In this document: piece after piece, positions 25,661 to 38,475 of the stretch | How the letters are laid out: every line of letters starts with the position of its first letter | How positions within the stretch are numbered: the first letter of the stretch is position 1 | From: Chiloscyllium plagiosum | Taxonomy: Eukaryota | Length of the DNA stretch: 64,000 bases | Assembly (NCBI RefSeq): GCF_004010195.1 | Contig: NC_057746.1 | Location: 7,811,697-7,875,696 of the forward strand | Reading direction: 5' to 3' | The notes under the pieces: generated by a model | What the model saw: only the letters and a program-made list of their open reading frames with translations | What the model was told of the DNA's origin: nothing | The model's database searches: none | Position numbers and translations under genes: made by a program

Positions 25661-26980
25661 CCAGTCAGACGTCCCAACAAATCCCCTTGTGCGGTAAATA
25701 AGCTCCTCATGAACCTCTGATACAGCCTGGGCCAGAAGCAGTACATCACAGCCATCAGTGCCTCTGCTCTGACACAAAGGAGACAAAAGACTCAATCCAC
25801 ACCAGCCTCGAACTATCACTATCCCGCTGAAGGAATGTTTCTCAGGCAATGCCTCACAGCCGATCTGATGATGACCAAGATACCTGAGTCACAGAGTGCC
25901 CACAGCATCTGTTCAACCCTGAAACCGTACCCAGCCAACAGCTTTGTGGAAACCATTGGCCTCTAGACTAGGAAATCCCAGGACTAGCTTAATGAGAATA
26001 AGCAGGAGATCCAGGATCTCCGAGACTGCAAACGTGAGGTATTCGTAAATCAGCAGCTCCACCATAACTCCATCTAAAGGAAACAAGCGGAGACACAACT
26101 GAAGGCCGAGATGTAACAAAGAAGCTGTGACTTAAAGGTGGGTGGAGAGAGTCAGTAGGAGAGTCAGCGAGTCACTGACAGCCACAATGTGTGCGGCTTC
26201 TTCAGCTCAATCAAAGCCATCTCCAGCCCGAGTACCCAGAGAGTGACCCCACTGAGAACCAAACACAGAGAGTCCCTCATCAAAGACCGAGAGGCGGTCA
26301 GCACTCGCTGGGGAGAGCACTTCGTGGGCCTCCTCCAACAATTCACAGCCTTCAGCACAAGTGTTCCTGACACCATCCTACAACACACTACAAACTACCA
26401 TCTCAGCAAACCTCCAATCCACCCTATGGGCAAAAACACCTCCAACAACAGAACAACAGGGCCACTAGCATAGACGGAATCCACGGGGAATGAGTCAAGA
26501 ATGTCTCTCCGATGAGAGACATTCTTGACATGAATCCACCTCACCATCCTTTTCTGGAATGAAAGGTGCATGCTGGGAGATGTCAGAGACGCCTTTATTG
26601 TGACCAACTTCAAGAAGGAAAGCATGTCCGATCATACAGAGAGATTTCCAATGTCCGTCATGGAAAAGACCATCGTGAGAATCCTCCTCAGTGCCTCCAC
26701 CCAGTGACTGAATAGCTCCTTCCGAGACTACAGCGGGAGCTTCTGCCCCTCAAAAGGCAGAATATCCAGGATTGTCAGTGTGTGACAAATCAAGGCAGAG
26801 TGCCGGGAACAGCAGCAACAGCACATGGCCTTCTTCAATCTTCAAGCTTTTGACTTTATGAGGGATTATGGGATATCTTCCGCAAATGGGGATGCCCACA
26901 AGAATTCTGTCACCATTCTCCACCCGCTTCACAATGACTTCCAAGCTGTGGTCTTCACCAACGCATTCGCCACTTACATG
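25661..26980 (+). mobile_element. RTE (BovB-like) LINE relic, part of segmental duplicate A
   Basis: DSHNVCGFFSSIKAISSPSTQRVTPLR..LIKDREAVSTRWGEHF; DVRDAFIVTNFKK. Confidence 0.75.
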
Positions 26981-27699
26981 AGCAGGGTGTGACAGAAACA
27001 ACTAAGGAATTCTACAACCAACATATTAGATCTAAGCCCTGCAGTCGTATTACATTCAGTCGTGAATGATGGTAAACAATTAAACAACTCATTGCAGGAG
27101 GAGGTTCCACATATATCTGCAATAATCAACAACGGGTGAGCCCAGTAAATCATTGCAAAGATCAGGCTGAACCCATTCACTGAACTCTTCAAACTGAAAT
27201 GCTGATGGACTGATCCATCTTGGCCTCCTCTGGTGGGTAAAAGTTGGGACCTTGACAACATCCCAGCAATGGGACAGATGTCATGTGCTCCAGAACATAC
27301 TGTACCCCTGGGCAAGCAGTTTCTGCTGAGCTACAGCACTGATATCTACCTGAGAGAGTGGAAATGTGCCCACGTATGTGCAGTGCATAAATAACAGGAC
27401 AAAGACAATTTGGCGAATTCCCATCTCATCAATATGATATCAATAATGAAAATGTGAATGAAAGCTTCATCAACAGTGCTATGGAGGAGCACCTACATAC
27501 CAACAATCTGCTCAGTGACACCACTCAACTCCTGACTTCACTCCAGCCTCAGACCAAACATGAACAAAAGGACCTGAATTCCAGAACTAAGCAAATGGGT
27601 GGATTTATTTCTTTGGTAATCAAGTGGCTATGATCAAATGATTTATGATCTTCAGTCACGGCACTTTCCCCTTAATGATAAATACAATATTGAAAATAT

Positions 27700-28250
27700 C
27701 TGCATAAAATTTCAAGTTTGACTCACAAATGTTAGTTTGGATCATGCTGGACATCAATGTAGATACACAATTCTGTTTGGACACTGGGATGGTGGAATTG
27801 ACATGCACTGGATTTTGTTGATGACGGATTCAATGCAAGATGCCATGTAATCCATCACTTTTCTAAGACCTACAATAAGGATCTGCTCCAAAGTTGAGAG
27901 TTACGAAGTTTATGTGGCACACTAGATGTCATCAACATGGACGAACTTACCAGACATGGTCAATGGCAGCTCATTTGCACACATGGTGAAAATTGCACTG
28001 ACCCTTGAGCTAGGCCATTGGCCATGTCTGCTCCATGTATTTCACCCTTGATCAAGGACGATTCTAAATTGTCTGTTGTCAGAAAATGTTTGCATAACTC
28101 TCCAGATCCAGTTTGGGATCTGTCTGGAGATATTTAGGAGCCGGTCATTCTGTATTGGAGTTGCCAATGTGATCTAGCAACACTATGTTTATATTCCTGC
28201 CTTTTCAATCGTATTTTTGATGTATATGGTAGTGCAAAGATCATGTGTTT
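27700..28250 (-). mobile_element. Vingi/Ingi-like RT relic (duplicate at about 50130-50620, plus strand)
   Basis: NGLAQGSV..FTMCANELPLTMSGKFVHVDDI*CAT..STLEQIL resembles NGLPQGSV..NDLP..KFIYADDICCA. Confidence 0.5.
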
Positions 28251-28599
28251 ACTCGTATGACCATGAATCAGCTGTTTACTGCTGTTATTTAACTGAGCAA
28301 TAATCAGCTGATTACTAACATTACGAAATTTAGCATTAATTAGGTGTACATTCTGATTATTGAAGTGAATAATCTTCAAATGCAAAGAAAAAATCATTTA
28401 TTTTGGTTCGATTTTAAGATACAAATAAATAAAATGGGTTAACTCTTTTTTGTAAAAAACTTAAAACTGACCTGCAGTATATTTCTCGAAGACTAAGGAA
28501 CAATCGAAAATAGTCACACTCACAGAATTCCACTTTCCAGACAATGTCCCAGATAACACTATAGCCATCTCAGGACAGGCCCTGCCCACTGGCAGAACA

Positions 28600-31500
28600 G
28601 AGGCATCTCACTACGTATAATAACCACTTCAATCCCCTTGATAGGATTTTAGCATGTAACTCACTCCTTGGTCTCTGTTATTCAACACATAAAACCCACC
28701 TCAACCCCTTGATAGGATTCAATCATACAACTCACTGTGGGGTCTCTGTTATTCTACATATAAAAACCTCAAACCCATTGATAGGATTCCAATACGTAAT
28801 TCACTCCCGTGTCTCTGTTATTCTACATATAAAAAAACACCTCAAACCTGTGGATATGATTCCAATATGTAACTCACTCCTATATATCGTTTACGTTCAC
28901 CACCTCACACCCCTTGATTAGATTCCTGACTGTACCTCACTCCCAAGTTTCAATTATTCCAGACATAATACACCTCAAACCCTACAGTTCGATCTCAGTT
29001 TGTAACTCACACTTGGGCATTTGTTTTGAGAAATAAACCCTGATAAATCGATAAATCTAATCTGTCACCCATTCATGTATATCTGTTACTCCATACATAA
29101 ACCACATCGAAACCTTGTGTAGATTCCTGTCTGTATCTGGTATTCCATATATATATACCACCCCGAACCTCTTCATTAGATTCCAGTCTGTAACTCACTC
29201 GCATATATCTGTTATTCCATACATAACTCACCTCAGACACCTCAATTAGATTCCAGTGTGTAACTCAATCCTGTGTATTTGTTATTCTATATGTATAAAC
29301 CAACACAACCTCCTCGATCAGATTCTAGTCTGCAACTCACACATGGGTGTCTGTTATTCCATATAAAAACCAACCCAACCTCTTCGATTTGATTCCAATC
29401 TACAATTAATTTCAGATAATTGTTCCTCAACATAAAACCTACTTCAGACACTTCAATTACATCTCTTTTTTTAACTCACTCCCAGGTATCTATTATTCTG
29501 TATATAACCCACTTCAAATCCCTCAATTAGTTTCCAGTTTTTAACTCATACTTGGGTATTTTATTTTCATATAAATACAACCTGATTCTTCAATTAGATA
29601 CTAATCTGTAACTCATTCGTATATATCTGTTATTCCATATAATTACCAACCCGACCCCGAAATTAGATTCCAATGTCTAGCACACTCCTGCATATCCATT
29701 ATTCCATATATAAACCACCCCGAATTCTTCAATTAGATTCTAGTCTGTAACTTACTCCTGGGTATCTGTTATTGAGTATCTGGTATTCCATATATATATA
29801 CCACCCCGAACCTCTTCATTAGATTCCAGTCTGTAACTCACTCGCATATATCTGTTATTCCATACATAACTCACCTCAGAAACCTCAATTAGATTCCAGT
29901 GTGTAACTCAATCCTGTGTATTTGTTATTCTATATATATAAACCAACACAACCTCCTCGATCAGATTCTAGTCTGCAACTCACACCTGGGTGTCTGTTAT
30001 TCCATATATAAACCAACCCAACCTCTTCGATTTGATTCCAATCTGCAATTAATTTCAGATAATTGTTCCTCAACATAAAACCTACTTCAGACACTTCAAT
30101 TACATCTCTTTTTTTAACTCACTCCCAGGTATCTATTATTCTGTATATAACCCACTTCAAATCCCTCAATTAGTTTCCAGTTTTTAACTCATACTTGGGT
30201 ATTTTATTTTCATATAAATACAACCTGATTCTTCAATTAGATACTAATCTGTAACTCATTCGTATATATCTGTTATTCCATATAATTACCAACCCGACCC
30301 CGAAATTAGATTCCAATGTCTAGCACACTCCTGCATATCCATTATTCCATATATAAACCACCCCGAATTCTTCAATTAGATTCTAGTCTGTAACTTACTC
30401 CTGGGTATCTGTTATTCCATATATAAACAAACCCAATCTTCTCAATCAGATTCTAGTCTGGAACTCACTCCCGCGTATCTGTTATTCCATATATAAACCA
30501 ACCAATCGTTCTCGATCAGATTCCAGTCTGGAACTTACTCCTGTGTATTTGTTATTCTATATATAAAGCAACACAACCTCCTCGATTAGAATCTAGTCTG
30601 CAACTTATTCCTAGGTGTCTGTTATTCCATGTATAAACCAACCCAACCTCTTTGATTAGATTCTAACCTGTAACTCATTTCGGATATCGGTTCTTCAACA
30701 TAAAACCCACTTCAGACACTTCAATTAGATCTCAGTTTGTAACTCGCTCCCAGGTATCTATTATTTTGTATATAACCCACTTCAAATCCCTCTGTTAGTT
30801 TCCAGTTTTTAACTCATACTTGGGTATTTTATTTTTATATAAATACGACCTGAATCTTCAATTAGATACTAATCTGTAACTCATTTGTGTATATCTGTTA
30901 TTCTATATATTAACTAACCCATCCCCAGAAATTAGATTCCAGCGTGTAGCACGCTCCTGCATATCTATTATTCCATATATAAACCATCCCGAATACCTTA
31001 ATTCGATTCTAGTCTGTAACTCATTCCTGGGTATCTGTTATTCCATGTATAAACGAACCCAATCTACTCAATCAGATTATAATTGGAACTCAGCCCAGTG
31101 TATATGTAATTCCATATTTAAACCAAACCAACCTCCTCGATCAGATTCCAGTTTGTAATTCCTCCTGAGTATCTGCTATTCTATATATAAGAGGTAAAAA
31201 CAATGACTGCAGATGCTGGAAACCAGATTCTGGATTAGTGTTGCTGGAAGAGCACAGCAGCAACCAACCCACCCTCCTCAATCAAATACTAGTCTATAAC
31301 TCACTCCTGGGTATCTGTTATTCCGTATATAAACGAACCCAACCTCCTCGATCAGATTCCAATCTGTAACCCATTTCAGGTATTCGTTCTTCAACGTATA
31401 ACACACCTCAGACACTTCAATAAGATTCCAGTTTGTAAGTAGCTCCAAGGCATCTAATATTCTGTGCATAATGCACCTAAAATCCCTCATTTAGTTTCCA

Positions 31501-32310
31501 TTTTGCATCTCATTTTTGGTATTTTATTTTTATATAAGTAAAGTTCCGATTCATCAATTAGATTCCAATCTGTAACTCATTCATGTATACCCGTTATTCC
31601 ATATATGAACCAAGTCGATCCCGAAATTAGATTCCAGCCTGTCGGACACTCCTGGGTATAAAGTATTCCATACATAAACCACCCCGAATCCCTCGATTAG
31701 ATTCTAGTTTGTAACTGACTCCTGAGTATCTGTCATTCTACAGGTAAACCACCCCAAATCTTCGCATTTAAATTCCACTCTGTTACTTACTCTTGGGTCT
31801 GTGCTATTCCATATGTAAAGCACCCCGAATAGCTCAATTAAATTCCAATTTGTAATTCACTCCCATATCTCTGCGACTCTGTACATGAACCATCCCAAAC
31901 TTTTAAATTGGATTCCAGTCTGCAACTCACTCCAGGGTATCTTGTATTCTGTCTATAAAGCTCTCGATGAGATTTAAATCTGTAATTCACTTCCATGTAT
32001 CTATCACACTAAATGGAAACTACTCTGCATCCCTCATTAAGATTCCTACCTCTAACTCACTCCCATGCTTCAGTGTCTCTGCCCATCAACCGCAATGAAT
32101 TTCTCGATGAGATTCCAGTCAGTAACTCATTCTTGGGAATCAGTTCTTCTCAATATAAACTGCCCTGAACTTTTTGATTATATTCCAGTCTGTAAGTCCC
32201 TCCCGGGGATCTGTTCTTCTCAATATAAACCATACTTCACTGTTCGATGATATTCCAGTCTGTAACTCACTCCTGGGTATCTGTCATTCGATATAAGAAC
32301 ACTCCGATTT
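28600..32310. repeat. Satellite array, about 59-bp monomer, with higher-order structure
   Basis: Consensus near ATTAGATTCCAGTCTGTAACTCACTCCTGGGTATCTGTTATTCCATATATAAACCACCCCGAACCTCTTC; 29133-29775 is repeated at 29776-30418. Confidence 0.95.
31191..31260 (-). mobile_element. Penelope 3'-terminal fragment inserted in the satellite
   Basis: GAGGTAAAAACAATGACTGCAGATGCTGG...GAGCACAGCAG interrupts a monomer after TATATATAA. Confidence 0.8.
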
Positions 32311-32429
32311 GATTTCAGGCTTGGACAATGTTTTACCCAGTTACCATCTCGACATCCAAATATCCTTCTGTCAAACCCTGTCCTTTGGTCAGTGTGTCTG
32401 TCTCCCGGGATATCAGTATATTGCCATAG

Positions 32430-33770
32430 TCATCTCTCAGCCATTTTGAATTGGTACATGGAGTGTGTGGAGGGGATCAATTACCGAGGACACAGGCACA
32501 AAGTATGAGGGGGGACATTTAGAAGGGATGTGCAAGGCAAGATCTTCACACAAAGGGTGGTGTGTGCCTGGAACGTGTTGCCAGAGGAGGTCGTGGATGC
32601 AGACACAATAGCAGAATTCAGGAAGCACCTGGATGTAGAAATGAATAGGGATGGAAAAGAGGGATTTGGATGCTCTAAGTGAAGGCAGCTAAGGGAAGGG
32701 CAAGGCGTAACAGCGCATACTTGGAGGGTCAAAGGACCTGTTCCTGTGCTGTATAGTCTTTTGTTCTTAGTTCTTATGTTCACAGGTATTTGAAAGTGGA
32801 GTTGCAGTTAGATAGGATAGTGAAGGGGTCATTGACATGCTTGTAGTTATTGGTTTATGCATTCAGTTGAGGAGTTGGGCGCGTGTGGTACTGTGGCTGT
32901 AAAAGACATTGGTTAGGCAACATGTGGAATATTGTGTGCAAATTCGGTATCCCTGCTGTACGAGGATGTAAGATTAGATTAGATTCCCTACAGTGTTGAA
33001 ACAGGCCCTTTGGCCCTACCAGACCACACCAACACTCCGAAGAGTATCTCGCCCAGGCCCACTTCCTTCTGAAAAATGCGTATAACACTATGGGCAATTT
33101 AGCATGGCCAGTTCACCTGATCTGCACATCTGTGGAGTGTGGGAGGAAACCGGAGCACCCCGAGGAAACCCATGCAGACACAGAGAGAATGTTCAGACTC
33201 CCCACAGACAGTCACTTGCAGCTGGAATCGAATCTGGAACCCGGGTGCTGCGAGGCAGCAGTGCTAACCACTGAGCCACCATGCCACCAGTGCTGTGATA
33301 CTTGAAAGGGTTTAGAAAAGATTTACAAGGATACTGTCAGGGTTGGAGAGTTTTGGCTACAATGAGAGGCTGAATAGGCTGTGGCTGTTTTGACTGGAGC
33401 GTGGAGGCTGAAGAGTGATCTTATGGAGCATGAGGGACATGGATAGGGTAAACAGAAAAGGTCTTTTCCCTGGGGTGGGGGAGTCCAGAACTAGAGGGTA
33501 TCGGTTTAGGGTGAGAGGGGAAAGATATTTTTCATGCAGAGGGTGTTGCACATATGGAATGAGCTGCCAAAGGAAGTGATGGAGGCTCGTACAATTGCAG
33601 CATTTAAAAGGCATCTGGATATGTGCACGAATAGCAAAGGTTTAGAGGGATATGGGCCAAGTGCTGGCAAATGGGCCTTGATCGGGTTAGGATATCTGAT
33701 TGTCCAGTTGGACCGAAGGGTCTTCTTCTGCGCTGTCCAATTCTGTCTCCGTGACTCTGTGACATGACAT
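32430..33770 (+). mobile_element. Two CR1 3' fragments; the second is interrupted by a minus-strand SINE (32970-33290)
   Basis: FTQRVVCAWNVLPEEVV and QRVLHIWNELPKEVMEA motifs; SINE V-domain on the minus strand. Confidence 0.85.
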
Positions 33771-34320
33771 GTCAGTTGAATAGGACATTGTCTTTTATTT
33801 GACATTTACCCAGAATATTTACCCCTGCAACTGGGCTGGTGCCTAGAACAATTCAATAACTGTAGTTTCTTGTGACATGAGGGGTGTCTTTGTAAGTGCA
33901 ATGACAAAGTAAATCCTTCCCCATCATCCTGACTGGAGAACAGTCTCTTCCCCGTGTGAACTCACTGGTGTACACTGAGGTGGGAAGAACACTTGAAGCC
34001 AGCCAACCTGTGAGAGCACCTGAATGGTCTCTCATGTACGAACGAATGGATGGGAAGTCAGAGTTCTGCTACTTTATAGGCATTTCAGCATGTGAATTGT
34101 TAAAAGGTCAGTGTGAACTTGTTGATGTGCCAGACAAAAGAATAAATGAGTGAATCCTTTTCTACATTCTGATCAGGTGAATGGTCCCCTACCCCTGGCC
34201 CCTCCCCTGCTGCCCCCACCCTTGCCATAGGCCTCACCACTTCCCCTCGGATGAGCTGGTTGCCTGAACCCAGGTCCGCAGTGAGAACATGTGAGTGGCC
34301 TCCTCTCAGTGCGTACACAT

Positions 34321-34629
34321 TTAGATTGCTTACAGTGTGGAGACAGGCCCTTCGGCCCAACAGGTCCACACCGACCCGCTGAAGCGTAACCCACCCACAC
34401 CCCTACATTTACCCCTTAACTAACACTACGGGTAATTTTAGCATGGCCAATTCACTTAACCAGCACATCTTTGCATTGTGGGAGGAAACCGGAGCACCCG
34501 GAGGAAACCCACGCAGACACAGGGAGAACGTGCAAACTCCACACAGTCAGTCGCCTGAGGCGGGAATTGAACCCGGGTCTCTGGCGCTGTGAGGCAGCAG
34601 TGCTAACCACTGTGCCACCGTGCCGCCCA
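34321..34629 (-). mobile_element. Young full-length V-SINE inside the zinc-finger exon
   Basis: Complete head to tail; ACACAT(T) duplicated on both sides. Confidence 0.92.
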
Positions 34630-34849
34630 CGACACATTGATGGTGTGTCACTTCCCAAGCACTTTTACTCCATTCCCCACAATTTGAAAATTTAAATTCC
34701 AACTCCCCAGTGTGAATGTGGTCATGTATCAACAGTTTGGATAATTGAGTGAATCCATTCCCTCAGTAAGGGACCGCATTGTGGCACACTGCTTAGGCAT
34801 GCTGGCTCACAGCTTGAGGGACCTCGGTCCAATTCCAGAATTGGATGAA

Positions 34850-36790
34850 GATAGAGAATGTGGAGAAGTGAATGGTGACATTTTGAAAACGTCCATATTA
34901 CAGAGGAGGAGGAGCTGGATATCCTGAATTATACAAGTGGAAACATCGCCAGGACCTGATCAGGTGTATCCTAGCACTCTGTGGGAACGTAGGAAAGTGA
35001 TTGCTTTGATATTTGTATCATCGACACTCACAGGTGATGTGCTTGTAGGCTGGAGGTTGGCTAACGTGGTGCCACTGTTTAAGAAGGAAGGTAAGGACAA
35101 GCCAGGGAACCACAAATCAGTGAGCCTGATGTCGGTGGTGGGAAAGTTGTTGGAGGGAATCCTGAGGCACAGGATATGCATGTATTTGGAAAGGCGACGA
35201 CTGATTAGGGATAGTTATCATGGCTTTGTGCGTGGGAAATCATGCCTCACGAACATGATTGAGTGTTTTCAAGAAGTACCAAAGAGAACTGATGAGGGCA
35301 GAGCGGTGGACTTGATCTCTATGAACTTTAGTAAGGTGTTCGACAACATTCCCCATAGGAGAACTGGTTAGCAAGGTTAGCTCTCAGAGAATACAGGAGA
35401 ACTAGCCATTTGGCTACAGACCTATCTCAAAGGTAGAAGACCGAGGGTGGTGGTGGGAGGTTACTTTTCAGACGGGAGACCTGTGACCTGTGGAGTGCCA
35501 CAAGGACTTCGTTTCACCATTTACGTAAATGATTTGGATGTGTACATAGGAGGTATAATTAATAAGTTTGCTGATGACATAAAAAATTGGAAGTGTCGTG
35601 GAAAGTGAAGAAAACCATGGACAAAACCAACGTCATCCATAAAATGCCATGCAAGGACTGCCACAAACACTACGTAGGACAAAACAGGAAGAAAGTTAGC
35701 CACCAGGATACATGAGCACCAGCTAGCCACAAAAAGACCCTCTCCCTCATAGCCCTACACACGGATGAAAAAAACCACCATTACGACTGGGACAACACAT
35801 CTATCCTGGGACAGGCTAAGCAAAGACATGCCAGAGAATTCGTAGAGGCCTGGCACCCCAACCACAACGCTATAAACAAGAACATAAGTCTAGATGCCAT
35901 CTATCAACCCCTCAGAAAATGAACAGAAAATGACATCACCACAAACCCCAGGAACCCCATCCAGGAGAAAGATATAAATAGAAAGCAGGAGACAACAGCT
36001 TCGCTTCACTTGGAGGACGCCATTGATGATGTTACCAAGCCAGGTAATGAAACATCTGGGTATCAAACCTACAGCTCAGTAAGCAAACCTACACCCTAGT
36101 GAAGAAGCTTACCTCAGATTACAATGGGATCTTGATCAGATGGGCCAATGGGATGAGGAGTGTCAGATGGAGTTTAATTTAGATAAATGCGAGGTGCTGC
36201 ATTTTGGGAAAGCAAAGCAGAGATGGAATTATGCACTTAATGGTCAGGTCCAAGGGATTATTAGGGTCCAAGGGAGAGTATAGGAGTTGGGAGGTCATGT
36301 TCGTCTTTACAGGACATTGGTTCGGCAATTTTTTGGAATATTGTATGTAATTCGTGTCTCCTTCCTATCAGAAAGATTTTGTGAAACTTGAAAGGGTTCA
36401 GAAAAGATTTACAAGGATGTTGCCAGGATTTGAGGATTTGAGCTATAGGGAGAGGCTGAATCGGCTTTGGCTGTTTTTCCTGGAGTGTGGGAGGCTGAAG
36501 GGTGACCTCATAAAGGTTTAGAAGATCATGAGGGGCCTGGACAGTGTAATTAGACAAAGTATTTTCCCTGGGGTGGGGGAGTCCAGAATTAGAGGGCATA
36601 GGTTCAGCGGAAAGATGTAAAAGGACCAGAAGTGGCAACGTTTTCATGCAGAGGGTGGTGCATGTATGGAATTATCTGTCAGAGGAAGTGGTGGAGAATG
36701 GTATAATTACAGCATTTAAATGCATCTGGAAGGGTATATGAATAGGAAGGGTTTAGAGAGATATGGACCAAGTGCTGGCAAATAGGTCTT
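34850..36790 (+). mobile_element. CR1 LINE RT region with nested Penelope fragment
   Basis: SPGPDQVYP..WRLANVVPLFKK..HGFVRGKSCLTN; continues after 36106. Confidence 0.93.
35613..36097 (+). mobile_element. 5'-truncated Poseidon-type Penelope: GIY-YIG domain and terminus, 9-bp TSD
   Basis: NVIHKMPCKDCHKHYVGQ-TGRKLATRIHEH..AREFVEAWH. TSD AGTGAAGAA at 35604-35612 and 36098-36106. Degenerate hammerhead at 36020-36059. Confidence 0.9.
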
Positions 36791-37321
36791 CCCCAACAGT
36801 TCATAGATATGTAGGTTAGGTTGATTGGCCATGTTAAAGTACAGGGTTATGGGGTTGAGAGTAAGGTGCCGGGTCTGGGTGTGATATCATTGGAAGGTCG
36901 GTGTAACTTGATGAGCTAAATGGCCTCTTTCTGCACTGTAAGGACTCTGGTTCGACTTGGAGCAGGTGAATGGTATCTCCCTGGTGTGACTGCATTGATG
37001 AGTTTCCAGTTCAGATGGTGATCTGTATCCCATCACATTATTCTCAGAGTCCGCATAGTTTTTCCACAGTGTGAATCCACTTGTCGCTTGACAGGTCACA
37101 TGATCAGCTAAAACCTTGTCTGTGTTGAGAACATGTGCCTGGTTTCTCAACACTTAATCATGCTCTTCCATTTCATGTTCAAACCCCAATGGTATTCAGG
37201 GTACAATAATAAACTGGGTGACTCTCTCAAATCCTGACGTTTACTTTTGTTTCAATTTTCCAATTACAAATCCTCCCCACTGATAGACTGTAAATTACTT
37301 GAAACTGTATTAAAACAGGGA

Positions 37322-37648
37322 AGGTGATGGCATTGTGGTATTATCACGAGACTATTAATCCAGAGATCTCGGTGACGTTCTGGAGACTTGGGTTCAAATC
37401 CTGCTATGACAGAGGTGGGATCTATTGTTGTTAAAAACCTGGGATGAAGCGGCTCATGGCCATGAAACTATTGCTGATTGTCAGAAAACCCCACCTGGTT
37501 CACTAATGTTTTGTTGGGCAGGAAATCTGCCATCCTCCCCTGGTCTGTACTCGGTCTGAATCCAGACCTGCCCTCTGGGAAAATGAGGAAAGGACATAAA
37601 ATCCTGGCCTGGCCAGCACTGTCCACATGCCATGAATTTATTAAAAAG
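37322..37648 (+). mobile_element. Older tRNA-derived SINE of a second family
   Basis: A-box-like TGGCATTGTGG, B-box GGTTCAAATCC, LINE-like 3' end with A-rich tail. Confidence 0.65.
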
Positions 37649-38149
37649 AAGTGTGTGAGATAATTTACAAAACCACAATTACAAGTTGTGAAACTGTGCT
37701 GAATGAAATGGATAATTAGTGAGATGAGAACTAGGGTGAAGCAACCACAGGAGCCGATGATTGACTGATGTATTTCACTGAAGGGATCCTTCCCCCTGGT
37801 CTGGGCCTAAACATGATGCTGTGCTCTTTAGGAACAGACTGAGGGAAGAGGAGGTTTGTTGATCTGGACAGATGTTGTTCTTTCATCACCACTAGGTGAA
37901 TAATCTGTAGCTCCTGACCTAACAGCATTGTGGGAGCACTGTCAGCACTCACACGGCAGTCGTTCAAAGGTTAAACATCAGGTTCCCAACAGACAACTGC
38001 GGAATGGCAACATCGACTGGTCTTGGCAGTGAAAACAAAATTCCAAGAATACAGATTTGCAAATAGGAATGCACATACCAGCTTCAGAGTATCTCATTAG
38101 CTGCGGAAACAATGTTGCTTTGCATTTTATGGACAATGTGCATTCAGCA

Positions 38150-38475
38150 AATTGATCTTCCCTGGAATCTACCTGTTCAATATGATTTGCCCCAGAATCC
38201 CCCTACTCAACATGATCTTCCTTATATTTCACCCGCTCAACCGCAACTTGCCTGGAATCTATCTGTTCCACCTGATCTTCCCAAGAATCTACCACTCAAT
38301 CTGATCTTCCCTAGAATAAACCTTCTCAACTGACCTTCCTTATAATATATCTGCTCCACCTGATCTTGCCTAGAACCTACACATTCAATCTGATCATTTC
38401 TATAATATACCTGCTCAACATGATCTTCCCTGGAATCTAACGCTCAATCTGATCTTCCCAACATTCTAGCTGCTA
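38150..38475. repeat. Diverged 30-bp minisatellite, about 11 units
   Basis: Unit approximately CCTGATCTTCCCTAGAATCTACCTGCTCAA. Confidence 0.9.

Larger units (their letters stand above)
33850..37290 (-). pseudogene. Tandem C2H2 zinc-finger pseudogene interrupted by SINE, CR1 and Penelope insertions
   Basis: Pieces: 37290-36960 (..SPSELETHQCSHTREIPFTC), 34760-34630 (GFTQLSKLLIHDHIHTGELEFK..CGE), 34320-33850 (TERRPLTCSHCG.., ERPFRCSH..HQ*VHTGKRLF..HLQRH). HTGEKP-like linkers and many disablements. Confidence 0.8.

Noticed and set aside
28600-32310. CRISPR-like array
   Set aside because: Contiguous diverged monomers with no unique spacers or cas genes, in vertebrate DNA; the same holds for 47094-47795.
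34560-34629. tRNA gene (A and B boxes)
   Set aside because: It is the tRNA-derived head of a SINE, contiguous with the V-domain and tail; the same applies to the other copies.
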